From Paraspadella gotoi (Eukaryota; Animalia; Chaetognatha): 64,000 nucleotides of DNA. The notes beneath the pieces are model-generated. The model was not told where the DNA came from. It did no database searches and saw only the letters and a list, made by a program, of their open reading frames with translations. Location of the stretch: assembly GCA_051294375.1 (NCBI GenBank), contig CM119267.1, positions 15,788,105-15,852,104 of the forward strand, given 5' to 3'. The stretch's first letter is position 1. Each line of letters starts with the position of its first letter. Position numbers and translations under genes: made by a program. Below are positions 36,136 to 55,200 of the stretch, piece by piece.

Positions 36136-39100
36136 ATCCACCATTCCGTATGAAGCGTGACTTTAACTACCTCCGTGTTAATGCAGTCGCCATTGATGCA
36201 AATGTCGGAAACAGTCGTGCACTCGTCGACGTCCTCGCAAGTGTTTGTCAACAGGTTGGCCGTGAAACCGGTTTCGCAATCGCAGCGGTAGGAGCCAAGG
36301 GTGTTAATGCAACGACCGCCGACGCATAGGCCTTGAATTTTAAAAATGGAGGGCTTGGGTTAGGGCAACCTAATTTGAGGTTTTCTGAAGAAGTGATAGT
36401 TATTTCTGTAACCAACGGAGCACCATTTTTTAACGGTTAACGATCGATCGATATTTCTATGACTGGCGAAGTTTAGCATCCTCGTAACCCTACCACTGAA
36501 CGCGCAGTAGATGTCCGATCCCTCGAGATTTAATGAAGCCATCACGTCGCACAGAATAATTTTGTTTTTACTCGAGAAATTTATGTCAGAATATTTTCAA
36601 TAACAAAATAAGAACCGAGAGAACCATGGACTCCCCTAGAATTTTCAAAAACCAAGAACGAATTTTTTTTTTTTTTTCATAAAAAACCTGGGATGGCCTG
36701 ACACTCGTCGATGTCTTGGCACTGATTGGAGTGAATGTTCGGAATGTAGCCCCTTCGACAGGGATGCGGCTGTTCTGGACACACGTGGCAGGGATGACCC
36801 CAGGCTCGCCCCACGGTGGCGCAACATAACGCGCGAGTGCATTGGACTCCGGGAAGGGGACCCCGACACTGATTGTTCATGACCTAAGCATAAAAAACTT
36901 TCGATGGGTAAAGGACGACAAAATAGTACTCCATCTTCATCCCAGGAGTCTGAAAAAAAAAAGGTTTATTTTTAACGATATTTTTAAAATGTAATCTTTA
37001 ATAAAATTTATATATATATATATACGTATACTGACTTAAATAACCTCTTTAGAATCGGTCCTGTAAAAAAAAACGAAAAAAACCCCCAGACATCTCGCTA
37101 AAAGAAATTCCTACCATTTCCAATCAGAAGACCCGAAATTCTGAACGCGGCAGTAAACAAACCCGAGGAGCGGTTCGTCTCCGGACGCCCCTTAAATAAA
37201 CTTAACTCATTTTTTCTAGTTTATTGGATTCCCGTTCTTTTGAAAAAGAAATTCCCCTGACCCAGATTCGATCCCGTAAAGGGCATGGATTTTCGTTTCG
37301 GAGATTTCGGTTTATTATTTTTGTTTCGATACGATAATTGCCTCGTTAACGTTTTATCAGTCTCTAGTCTACCCACGTTCTTATATTTTTCGAGTAAAAT
37401 TTAAAGTGCTGCCGGTTCGCCAGCAGTTGAATTATTTTTCATGATTCATTATATTTATAAGTTGGAAGTTAATACAGACGTTTACCTAAGTTATTTCTAT
37501 TAGTTGATAAAGTTTGAACCTTCAAAACTTCCGTAGTTTGCAATGTGAAAAGTATTAAGTTAGACTGTGATATAACAAATAACTGCAACGAAAATAACTG
37601 ACCAGAAACCGAGATTTAAAATTGTTAATTAATTAGTGTTTTGGCTTTATTTTCGTTATGTTAATAATTAAGTTTAAGAGAAAAAAAATTTTAGGGTGAA
37701 GACTCGTTCGTTTTCTATTGTCAAAAATCGTTATTTGAAACAAATAAAAAATAATATTGGAAAACATTCAAGTATCAAAAACGGGAAGTATCGAAAGCGA
37801 ATCATCGAGGGCCTATACTAGCCATAGCCGATGAAATTTAAATGCTAATGTATCCAGCGTTAAAATAATCTATCATGACCATAGATTATGGTATNNNNNN
37901 NNNNNNNNNNNNNNNNNNNNNNNNNNNNNNNNNNNNNNNNNNNNNNNNNNNNNNNNNNNNNNNNNNNNNNNNNNNNNNNNNNNNNNNNNNNNNNNNNNNN
38001 NNNNNNNNNNNNNNNNNNNNNNNNNNNNNNNNNNNNNNNNNNNNNNNNNNNNNNNNNNNNNNNNNNNNNNNNNNNNNNNNNNNNNNNNNNNNNNNNNNNN
38101 NNNNNNNNNNNNNNNNNNNNNNNNNNNNNNNNNNNNNNNNNNNNNNNNNNNNNNNNNNNNNNNNNNNNNNNNNNNNNNNNNNNNNNNNNNNNNNNNNNNN
38201 NNNNNNNNNNNNNNNNNNNNNNNNNNNNNNNNNNNNNNNNNNNNNNNNNNNNNNNNNNNNNNNNNNNNNNNNNNNNNNNNNNNNNNNNNNNNNNNNNNNN
38301 NNNNNNNNNNNNNNNNNNNNNNNNNNNNNNNNNNNNNNNNNNNNNNNNNNNNNNNNNNNNNNNNNNNNNNNNNNNNNNNNNNNNNNNNNNNNNNNNNNNN
38401 NNNNNNNNNNNNNNNNNNNNNNNNNNNNNNNNNNNNNNNNNNNNNNNNNNNNNNNNNNNNNNNNNNNNNNNNNNNNNNNNNNNNNNNNNNNNNNNNNNNN
38501 NNTTTTTCCTACCGTCGATCAAAAGCTCACCCGATATCGGTCCAGCTGTCGTCGGCAGCTGTAAAAGCATTCAAACCTATCTTTTCGAGACGGAAACATT
38601 TTTTTTAATTTAAATTATGAAAATTTGAAAACACAAAATAGAAGATTAAAAAGTTTTTCCCCAGATACATCTTTGTAGTTTCCCCCATAAAGGAAGGACG
38701 AAGCCATTGTTCATCAAGCAGCGACGACCCCTGCAGCCGCTATGAAATGCGCAAATCTTCGAAGCTCCTTGACCAAGTGCCAAGGACGGGGAAATTTCTT
38801 TCAGCCCCTGGTCGTTGAAACCTTTGGCGGATGGGAAAAGGCCTCATTGCCTCCTCCTGGACCAGGAGGGTTCAAAGTTCCAAACTTTTAACTATTTTTT
38901 ACCTTCAAGTAATACTTTTAATATACTACACTTTAATATTCTTTAATCATTATTAATATTATTGTACATGAGGCGACCTCTCCCTCACTTCTTCCTTTTT
39001 TCTCTCCTTCGGGCTGGTCGGTCACCTTCACGGCCTTCATCTTAGACCTGACCAGACAAAGCAAGAGGCCCAACACTTGTCAGGTCAAGTCGGTCCTCGC

Positions 39101-40798
39101 CTCATTATCCGGAGGATCGGCAGACAGCTTTGCTTCTATTCTTCTTCTTATATCTCGTTAAACGCCTCCATTTCAATTATTTTCAATATTTTTCTCCCGT
39201 TTTCCGTCTTTCACAAATATACAATTTATTAAATATTTATATATATATATTTATATTATTTATTTAAACGTAATTTTAAATTTCATCACTAATTTTCGAT
39301 TAATTTTTAGGAATTCATATTAGAAAATCCTTAAATAATCCCCATGAACAGACCTGCGTGTAACAAGGTCCGGTCCTGTAGTCTGCCTCGCATCTTCGCC
39401 CAGTGAAACCGTAGACGCAGGCGCATCTGTCGGGACCAATGCAGCGTCCGTTGTTCATGCAACCACCTGGGCAAAGCGGTCGGCCGCAACGAGGGCCACC
39501 AAAGCCGGATTTGCAGAGGCAAGAGGTGGCCGTGAGGCAAACTCCGCCGTTCATGCACCTTTGTAGGAATGTCAATAGAGTAGCGATCGAGTTAAAAAAC
39601 CAATGCCAGTCAGTTTTAAATTACAATGTTTTAAATACCAAAGTCAGTCAGTTTNNNNNNNNNNNNNNNNNNNNNNNNNNNNNNNNNNNNNNNNNNNNNN
39701 NNNNNNNNNNNNNNNNNNNNNNNNNNNNNNNNNNNNNNNNNNNNNNNNNNNNNNNNNNNNNNNNNNNNNNNNNNNNNNNNNNNNNNNNNNNNNNNNNNNN
39801 NNNNNNNNNNNNNNNNNNNNNNNNNNNNNNNNNNNNNNNNNNNNNNNNNNNNNNNNNNNNNNNNNNNNNNNNNNNNNNNNNNNNNNNNNNNNNNNNNNNN
39901 NNNNNNNNNNNNNNNNNNNNNNNNNNNNNNNNNNNNNNNNNNNNNNNNNNNNNNNNNNNNNNNNNNNNNNNNNNNNNNNNNNNNNNNNNNNNNNNNNNNN
40001 NNNNNNNNNNNNNNNNNNNNNNNNNNNNNNNNNNNNNNNNNNNNNNNNNNNNNNNNNNNNNNNNNNNNNNNNNNNNNNNNNNNNNNNNNNNNNNNNNNNN
40101 NNNNNNNNNNNNNNNNNNNNNNNNNNNNNNNNNNNNNNNNNNNNNNNNNNNNNNNNNNNNNNNNNNNNNNNNNNNNNNNNNNNNNNNNNNNNNNNNNNNN
40201 NNNNNNNNNNNNNNNNNNNNNNNNNNNNNNNNNNNNNNNNNNNNNNNNNNNNNNNNNNNNNNNNNNNNNNNNNNNNNNNNNNNNNNNNNNNNNNNNNNNN
40301 NNNNNNNNNNNNNNNNNNNNNNNNNNNNNNNNNNNNNNNNNNNNNNNNNNNNNNNNNNNNNNNNNNNNNNNNNNNNNNNNNNNNNNNNNNNNNNNNNNNN
40401 NNNNNNNNNNNNNNNNNNNNNNNNNNNNNNNNNNNNNNNNNNNNNNNNNNNNNNNNNNTTTAATGATAATCTAGTATTACAAAAATCTGCTTATATTAAC
40501 GTATATATTTTCTTTACTGACACGAGCCGAAATTTTTTTATGCCCAACACCAAATGTTAATTAATTGCCTTATTAAGTTCTTTCTAGGCTTTCCTTAATT
40601 ATATATCCTTTTATATTTATGACGCTTTAATTGTATTGATCAATTTGATTTTTTTAAATTTTTTTCACATGGTCTAACTCTAATGGATTAGATGATATGG
40701 TTTTTTTTCTTTAATCGAGACAAAAGACGACTTACGTTCAGGTCGACCTCAACAGCTTTATTGGAACGTCTTAATTATCAAAACCTCAAATTTTTCTG

Positions 40799-40838
<40 letters not shown>

Positions 40839-43418
40839 CAGTTAATCTTGAGAGTTTTTCTTTGCCGGTATAAAGGCATTAAAGCTGCCATTCTAAGTTA
40901 ATTCTTACGACCATCGGGCCGTGCGTGTCCAAAAACATGTTTCATTTAATTACGTTTTTAACAACGGGATTTGGAGAAAACTTTCAGATTTAAAAAAAAG
41001 GGTTTTAGTTTTCATGGCGAAATAAAAACTTTTTTCGAGCAAGAAAAACGTCTCTTTCGGAAGAATTTCAATTAATCTACATATTAAACTTTACTTCCGT
41101 CGTGAGCAGCTTTTTATATCCAGTGTGTCCCAACGGTACTGTCTGTTAACTTTTACATATTGTTCGGAACTGTATTGTTAAATCGTCAACGATTTCAAAG
41201 ATGAGTTCTTACCATTGATAATACTATATTTTAAATTCAATTGATATAATTTTTTATTTGCAAAACATTCAATTAAAATTAGTTTTTTACATTTTTAATT
41301 TTCGGATTTTTTATGTTTTAAATAATTTTTTAAATATTACTATATAGAAAAATATTTTAAAATTAAATAGTTAGAAATTATTCAAATTATGATTTTGTAT
41401 AATATACATGCGTTAATAAAAAGTAAGTCTATCTAAAAAAATGAATAAAAATAAGCTAATGATTTTTATTTTAAAATACCATTATATCAAATTGTGATGA
41501 ATTGAATAATTAAGCCAGAATGAAATAGTAGTTATTTATTCTATAAATTATTATTAAATATAATAACAATATAACAAAGGTAAATAGATAATTTTAACAA
41601 AAATGAATATGTTATTAAAAATATAAGTTTTTTCTTACTGTCTTGCATCTAAGGAAATAATTTAACAGATTATTTAATAAATATTATAAAGATATGTGAT
41701 ATCAAAAACATATTATGTAATAATTTTCTTTTTACAATCGCTTAAAACTTTTCTAGCAATTACTTCATACATGTAATTACTACAAGAGTTAGTTTAAGAA
41801 TTTTATAAAATGGTTCATGCTTGTGCACTAAGGCATAGTGAAAATTGCAGATCAAAATTCGAATAGTTGTTCATGACACTGAACATTGAACAGTCTTGTA
41901 CTAAAGAACATTATATATAAAAAAAAAAATTAATTTTTCAATTTTCGCATACCCCCATATTTATACATAGTACTATAATATAGAAAATGTTAAAATTTTT
42001 AATAAATTTTTTTTAGTTTTGAAAGCAATTCGAATTCCTCATAAAAAGTTGATAAAAGAAAATATAAGTCATTAAGTTAGCCAAAAATTCAAAAAACTAT
42101 ATTTTTTATACTAAAATTTAATTTTAGGTTAACTATAATAGTTTTTTATGATTTTGACCTACTTAATGAAATAATTTTTTAAAAAGAGTTATATTTCCTT
42201 ATATCGAATCTGCTTTTAAAAATTTAATTTAAGAAAAAAAACATTTTAAAATTTCGACATTTTCTTTTTTTTTTATTTTAAAATGTTCACAGGTACAGGC
42301 CTGTGCTTTATTATGCACCTATTCATAGCTTGATAAGTAATTAAATTTTTTTTATCTGGTATTGGAGAAGCTTTTATTAACGGACAGTACCATTGGTACA
42401 CACTGTATGTATAATGTATATTTATATTACAAACATATTGAGAAAAAGAATGTCAGTTATTTTATTTTTATCACTAGTGCTTAACAAAATATTTTTTTTT
42501 AGTTAATCATTATTTTTAGGAGAGAGACCGTCCAGCGAGAAGAATTTGTCACTTGTACGTACATATTACACTCGACATAGTCGACATTCCGTCGTAATGT
42601 TTAGTGTGTATCAAAGTGAATCCAGAAAACTCGTTTCTAAATATTAAACCTAAGGCTCAGCCTCGCATAATTTGTGTACCAGGGCAACAATATTGAAAGA
42701 GAGCCGGACCGCAAACGTTGGGTCCGACGAGAGGCGTCGCCGATGTCAGTCTTCCCGCAGGCGTTCTTCCGTCCGTCGTCTCAGATCGAGTTTCATTTCC
42801 AAAAACTGTGGCTGCAGAATCTCTCGCTGACAGAATCGACAGCGATAAAACGGCCACCAGGTAAGCGGAAAATCCTGGGCGGTCCGAAAAAAGCTGGCTC
42901 ACGAAATAAGGGGCGCCACCGTTAAGAAACGAACGGAGGAAACGAGCTGGCCGTTTTTCCGGTTTCCATTTGAGTCTTTTTCGACAAGCTTTGACGCACG
43001 TCACTTTAGTTTCAAACGTCGCCATCCTCGTCGGCGTCGTCGTCCATTGTCTTTTTTTGAGCGAATACGGAGCGGGCAACGCGGACGGCGTTCGGTCGGC
43101 GGTCGAGGGTAAGACGGTGCCGGGCGTCCGTCCAACCTCTTTTCCGCATCCTTCAGCGTTCGCTTCGACGTCGAGATGCGAGCCGGGGAAAAGCGTGCAC
43201 GAGAAGAGCCGAGGTAACGGAAAGATTCGAAGGGCGTCTTGGACGGTTGTCGCCTCTATTTCCGGATCGAGTTTGATGTAAGAAACAGAGGCGCTGGAGT
43301 CAGGAGAGCCGCGCGGGGAATTCCCGGATTGACGTATTCCGGGTTGCGGCGGGGAATCTCTCCCACGGGGGGAGGCGGCGGCGGTGGCGGCGTTGGCGTC
43401 GGAAACCGGGGATCTCAT
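21827..43418 (-). CDS. FBN: Fibrillin (cbEGF/TB/hybrid-domain microfibril protein), at least ~26 exons; the EGF1 exon probably lies in the N gap
   Basis: GPNVCG..YCCPG N-terminal motif (~42680-42725); [13 protein letters not shown] plus hybrid1 ([13 protein letters not shown]); TB1 with a Gly/Pro hinge; TB2; hybrid2; TB3; 12 cbEGFs; TB4; 2 cbEGFs; TB5; 7 EGFs; TB6; 5 cbEGFs; TB7; 7 EGFs; then CYHC...RRSRR furin site and C-terminal propeptide to the stop at 21827. Approximate exons: 43418-42680, 39559-39354, 36883-36688, 36331-36171, 35657-34557, 34469-34207, 32186-31641, many short exons from 30986 to 26938, 26634-23981, and short exons ending with 22368-21827. Confidence 0.96.
23010..23600. 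repeat. AT-rich dispersed repeat family (other copies at ~1270-1530, ~32690-32960, ~33722-33950)
   Basis: Shared motifs gcgggccaaaattgatcactttttat, cagatagc..ataaaaagttgtctacacaaagtat and aaaaatcatcat...ccataattttt across four loci. Confidence 0.65.
26685..26901 (-). mobile_element. Third (inverted, 3'-truncated) copy of the hairpin-rich element at 8140-8672
   Basis: The reverse complement reads ttatagcaacagccgggttgcttgtgatgcccattggg...ccgaccctcagt...ggcgcggtcaccctaagac...ctcgcttt...cagagggaagtcgttaggac...tgagccaatgagattggctgaa. Confidence 0.7.
33078..33715 (+). mobile_element. Terminal-repeat retrotransposon in miniature (TRIM), non-autonomous LTR element
   Basis: Near-identical ~225-bp direct repeats at 33078-33309 and 33495-33715. 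PBS-like TGGTGAGCCCGAC at 33311-33323 (12/13 match to the canonical tRNA-Trp PBS TGGTGACCCCGAC). Polypurine tract GGGAGGGGGGA at 33482-33492. The ~185-bp non-coding interior contains a ~35-bp duplication. Flanks acat/atat. Confidence 0.88.
35825..35920. repeat. (GAAA)n microsatellite
   Basis: Visible directly. Confidence 0.95.
38694..38890 (+). mobile_element. Fragment of an RLE-type (CRE-like) non-LTR retrotransposon ORF C-terminus
   Basis: The frame reads [50 protein letters not shown], matching the FxPLxxETxGGW motif of restriction-like endonuclease domains. Confidence 0.6.
41121..42405. mobile_element. Non-autonomous Tc1/mariner-like DNA transposon (~1.3 kb)
   Basis: TIRs CAGTGTGTCCCAACGGTACTGTCTGTTAA / TTAACGGACAGTACCATTGGTACACACTG. 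TA at the right flank (left flank is TC). AT-rich non-coding interior. Confidence 0.75.
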
Positions 43419-44860
43419 ATCGACATCTTAAGATTTTCTCCTTCGTCTGAGCCAAGATCAGATGAAACAGATTCTGGACGAAGTTTTGGAGAGGGAAGAT
43501 AAAAATTTTTTAAAAAAAATCTAGTACCCAAAGTAAAAAAAAAGGAAAAATTTCGGGGGAAAAAGAAAGAAAATGAAAAGAAATTAGAAGAGAGCTGGGC
43601 GTCAAATGATGATGTCCTCTTCTCGAGTTGCCATCGGGAATATCCACTTTCTTCGTGAGAGGGGAAGTTGTGGAGTGAGGGTGAAAGGGGGAAGAGGGAG
43701 AAGGTAAGAAAAGATGGACTGATGAAAAAAATTTGGAAATATATTTTTTTAAGTAATTATTAAACGCGTAATGAAGTAAAAGAAAAACGAACAACAAAAG
43801 ACAAATAGCGAAAAAGCTGTCTCAAAAAGGAGAATAGTAAACTCAGCACGAAACAAAAAATAATTCTGACTAATTATATTAAGTAAATTTGTTTAAAAAA
43901 TTATATCTAAAAGATATAAATTAACTTTTTAATTAAAGTTCCCCATTTAAGATTACCATACTCATCAACTTTACCAAGAAAGAGATGAAGAACGGGAAAC
44001 AGGCAGGGAGAGGGAGAAAGAGAAGAAAAGAGAAAGATTCAAAGAGAGAGGTTCAAGAGTGAGAAAATACCAGAGGAGGCAAAGGGATGAAATTGAAAGT
44101 TTAATCCTATTTTGATCAATTTGTAACAGCTTATTTTTTTAGCACTGAGAAGCAAGCAAAACGAAACATTGAAGAAAACGACGGAAAACAAGGCGAAAGT
44201 TTGCTTTTATTCGCGAGCTGAAAACTTCAATTCCTGTCCTTATAAACTTAATTGAAAGGTTAAAATAGTTTAAGTTTAAAAATATTTCGAAAACACAATA
44301 ATGTTAAAAATATCAGTAATTGTCAAAAAGTGACGGAATACAAACACATCTTAATTATTCTTCTCAAGGATAGAGAATTTAAGAATCATTTCGCGACAAA
44401 ACGAACAATTATTTTTTTTCTTTTTTAAAGTGTAGTTCCCCAACAAGCGAAAAAAAAACAAAAACTGTTTACATATAAGTGTTGTTCAGTCCGTTTATAT
44501 ATAAACAGGTGTCATCCAGCCGGATTGTTGCATAATGCATAGACAATTTACCTAGTTCAAAAACCGCCTCTTAATCAATTAAATATTTCATTTTGAAGTG
44601 TTTTTTCGTTTAATTTGCGCAGATGCATTTTTGTCTCAGAACTTTGTTTATCGAAGCGTGAATTTTTTTTTCAATTGAATTTCTTATAGTGTATTTTTTT
44701 TTAAATTTTATTGTATTTTTTTTTTGGTTCGTTTTTAATTTTCACGACTTGAACCCAGATTCGTTCATCACCATCATAAGTTCGAAGGTCTTGTTTTTTT
44801 CACACACGAAAAACCTTTGAAGTTGAAAGACGAAAACGAAGAAAAATCCTAACCAAGATT

Positions 44861-51837
<6,977 letters not shown>

Positions 51838-52292
51838 CTGTTTTTCATCGAAGAAGCCAATGTGTCAGAAATTCCAAGCCATGAAAGTTTAAAAAGTTGG
51901 AATGTTTACCGAAATATCGTCCACTATTTTTAAGATAAATTTATTCGCGTACAAAATATAAAAAATTCAAATAGCGATAGTCAATTTTATAATACTCCTT
52001 ATCTCAGCGATATTTAATAATAAAGTAGAAACAAATGTATCATAGTCGATAGATTATGCTTCTCAAAGTAGACTACAAATAAAATTGCAGGACATTTACG
52101 TCCATAGAAGAAGTAGGGAATTTTAAAAATTGAAAATTGTTTTCATTTTTTTCAGAAATTTTAAAAATAAAAATACGACCCTTTTGTGAGTCACAAATTT
52201 TAATTTTAACAATTTTACTCAAGAAATATTTCTCTCTCTTCATAAGATTGAAAGAAAAAGTCTGAAAAGTTTTCAACCAAAATTGTTGATAT

Positions 52293-55200
52293 TCACTTGA
52301 CGCAAAAAAGGATGCAAGTCCGTTCAGCGGCGCTCATCTCGGAAACTTGTTTGAGCAAAGGCTTTGTCGCGGCTTCGTTGTCTTCTTTGCGCGTCTCCTC
52401 GTCGCGATGCGCTCGAGCCAAATCCGCTAAGATGTCGAGCAGTTCACCTGCAGCCGCCATTCTCTTATGATGGTACGACTGTTAAAGGGAGCGATTTTTT
52501 AATTGTAAAAACAATATTAGTTGTTAAGTTTTCAAAGATTAACATTTTTTTTCCCTTTTTTTTCTTTTCCAGTAATAAAATGATTCATTTACCTTTTTTC
52601 TCGCAAAAGCTCGTCTTCTGACAGATGTTCTGTATCCGCCTATGACATAAAATATGCAATTACAATTTTTTTTTGTTTAAGACAAGCCATCTAATACACC
52701 CAGGAGTTTACTTGAAATTCTGAGAGATTCGTTTTTTGTTAAATGGGTCGGCGTCATCGGTTTTAATTCCTGAAAACCAGAAAAATAATCAGTTCAACAT
52801 TAACACATTACATTTACTTTTTACTTTTTCAATCACGTTTCATATCATCACTGATATCGGACTGGCTAAATATTAAAACAATATTCGTTAACCAATCAAC
52901 ATTCAACAAGGTACGTTTTTTTCCTCGTCATTTTCGTTTTCCTCAGCGAGAAATTCGTCCATTTCCGGGTCACAACTGAGAACAATCAAGCTTGCGTCCC
53001 TCGCTTCCACAAACGATTGCCTGAAATTGAAAGCCAAATTGGTTTCCGCTCCGTCAAGGCCGGTGGCACGAAAAAACGCCGGAAAGCCTTTTGATTCTAT
53101 TCCGTTTAATGAAACAATGTAACAAATTGGACGCCAAGGTCAAAGAATGACTTTTACGATCTAAGGGCAAATTTTTTTTTCTCTCAGACTCAGGATTGGT
53201 TTTTTCAATGTTTCACCTGAACTTTTCTTTGCCGTGGGAGAGCTGCCTGAAAATAGCTTCCGCTTCTACGTCGACATTGAAAGGATCTTTCCAGTCGCTC
53301 AAAACGGCCTGGCGCACGGCTTTGTTGCAACCCTCGGCTAAAGTTAATATGAAATTGGTACACCCAATATAATGAGCTATCTTGACCCTGACTTTGATCA
53401 CTGAACAGTGAACACTGAACAGGCTATGGTGGATAAAGGCCTCCATCAATCTTTAATTTTAATTATGTTTACTTTATGATTTATTAGCATTTTATTTTTA
53501 ATTGGTTGACTGAAAAAAAAAAAGCCAATAACCATCGTTCAGAAAAAAAAAAAGGTCACAAAATCTGGAACAGCTGTCCGTCCCTTAGCATTATCGGAGC
53601 TTCAGATTCGTCTTGCTTTGAAAATAGGCAGAGCGCACCGGTAATCTAATCCCGCTGACTAATTATCGTCGAAAATTAAAAGGGGGGGAGGAATCCCCTC
53701 TTTTTACCTGTCGGCCAAGAATTTACGGCCATTAATAGTCCATTACCGATTTTCTCCGGTTTCGAGCAACAAGTCCAGAATTTGCGGAACACGCCTGGGT
53801 GAAACATCTTGAGGAGGTCTCTGTTGCTGATGCAGGTTTTTCGAATGGAGGTGAGCCATTTGTTGAGTTCGTTAAAGTCTTTCGCCTGAAGAAAAGTAGA
53901 CTATTTTTAAGATGGCATTGAAAACAAGAAGTCAGTGGGTTTTGACAAAGGAAAACTGGCCTTATTTTCCCAGAACGCCCCATTTTATCTTAAATTTAAT
54001 TTCTCTAATTCAAGATTAGGGTTAGGGTTAGTGATGAGGGTTAGGGTTTGAGATAGGAAATGGATTATAAGTTTAAAAATATATTTAAATTAAATGTTAA
54101 GGTTAAAATTAATTTCCGTGATAAAGGAACAGAAATGGGGCGCTCTGGGAAAAAAAAAAAAAGAGCCCGAAAACCTAGCCTCTGATTACAGAATAATCTT
54201 CAAGTCACACCTGTAAATAGAGCGTTTGGTTAAATCGCTCTTGCTTTCCTTCGACAATTTTTTCCGGGTCTGACACGCGAGCTTCTTTCTCTATTATCAC
54301 CTGTAGACGTTTAAAACGAATAGTCAAGCAATCAACTATTCAATTTTAGTAATTACTGTACTTACTCTACTTATTGTACAAAGGATATTAAATTCTAACC
54401 TGAAAAACATTATCTTTTCCAAAGGCGTCGATGTCTACAAGTTCGACGCAGCAGATGGCAGAGGTTGGGATCGAAAAACGAACCTGTCATCAAAATGATA
54501 TATCAAGCATCAGACTTTTCAGTGGGCAATGGGCAATCGGGCATTATATGCATTATATTAACAACTAATAGGGCCTAATTAAAACGTAAGAAATTGTAAA
54601 GTTCGTGAAATTCAAAAGAAACCACTTCAAGTACACACACTGAAAAGCAAATCAGATTAATTCACAAAACAATGTAGGTCTGATCAAATTTAATGATTTA
54701 ATTAGAACACAGACCGACGGGCGGTAGTAAAGACGAAAAAGGAATGAATCGCTAATTGGCTATTTTATCGATGCTCTCTCGACTCGTCTCAGACCTAAAC
54801 CGACTCGCCTGATCCGCCTGATGTTTCGAGTAGCTCAATAGTTCCGGCGTGAGACGGAAGTACCTCGCGCTGAAGGCCTTGATCTTGAATTTGTTGGCGA
54901 CGCGATCGGCGAAGCACTTTTGCAAAACTCCTTCCTCGACGACGAGATTTCGGTGATAAACAAAGTTGGCGCTCGTCGTCTCCGTTGGCGGCTCGAATCC
55001 TGAGAGAGGATTAAAACCGATTTTTTTAACCGCCCGTGGGAGAAGATTGTCTGTCTGGCGTCCGCGCGCTTGACAGTTATTAATTTAAGGACCGGGTAAG
55101 AATTGTCTCAATTAGTCGGTCTATTATCCTCGTTAAATTAATGGTTAATAAAGAAATCCGCCTGTCAAAATGTATATGAATTTGAGGTTTTTAGAAAATT

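Noticed and set aside
38970-39130. gaggcga...tcgcctc inverted repeat with a tcctcgc loop, HDV-ribozyme-like
   Set aside because: P3 and P1 pairings could not be completed, and it is a single copy.
37860-40560. Long ORFs of 229-373 aa in the ORF track
   Set aside because: They run through N gaps (poly-X) and are artefacts.
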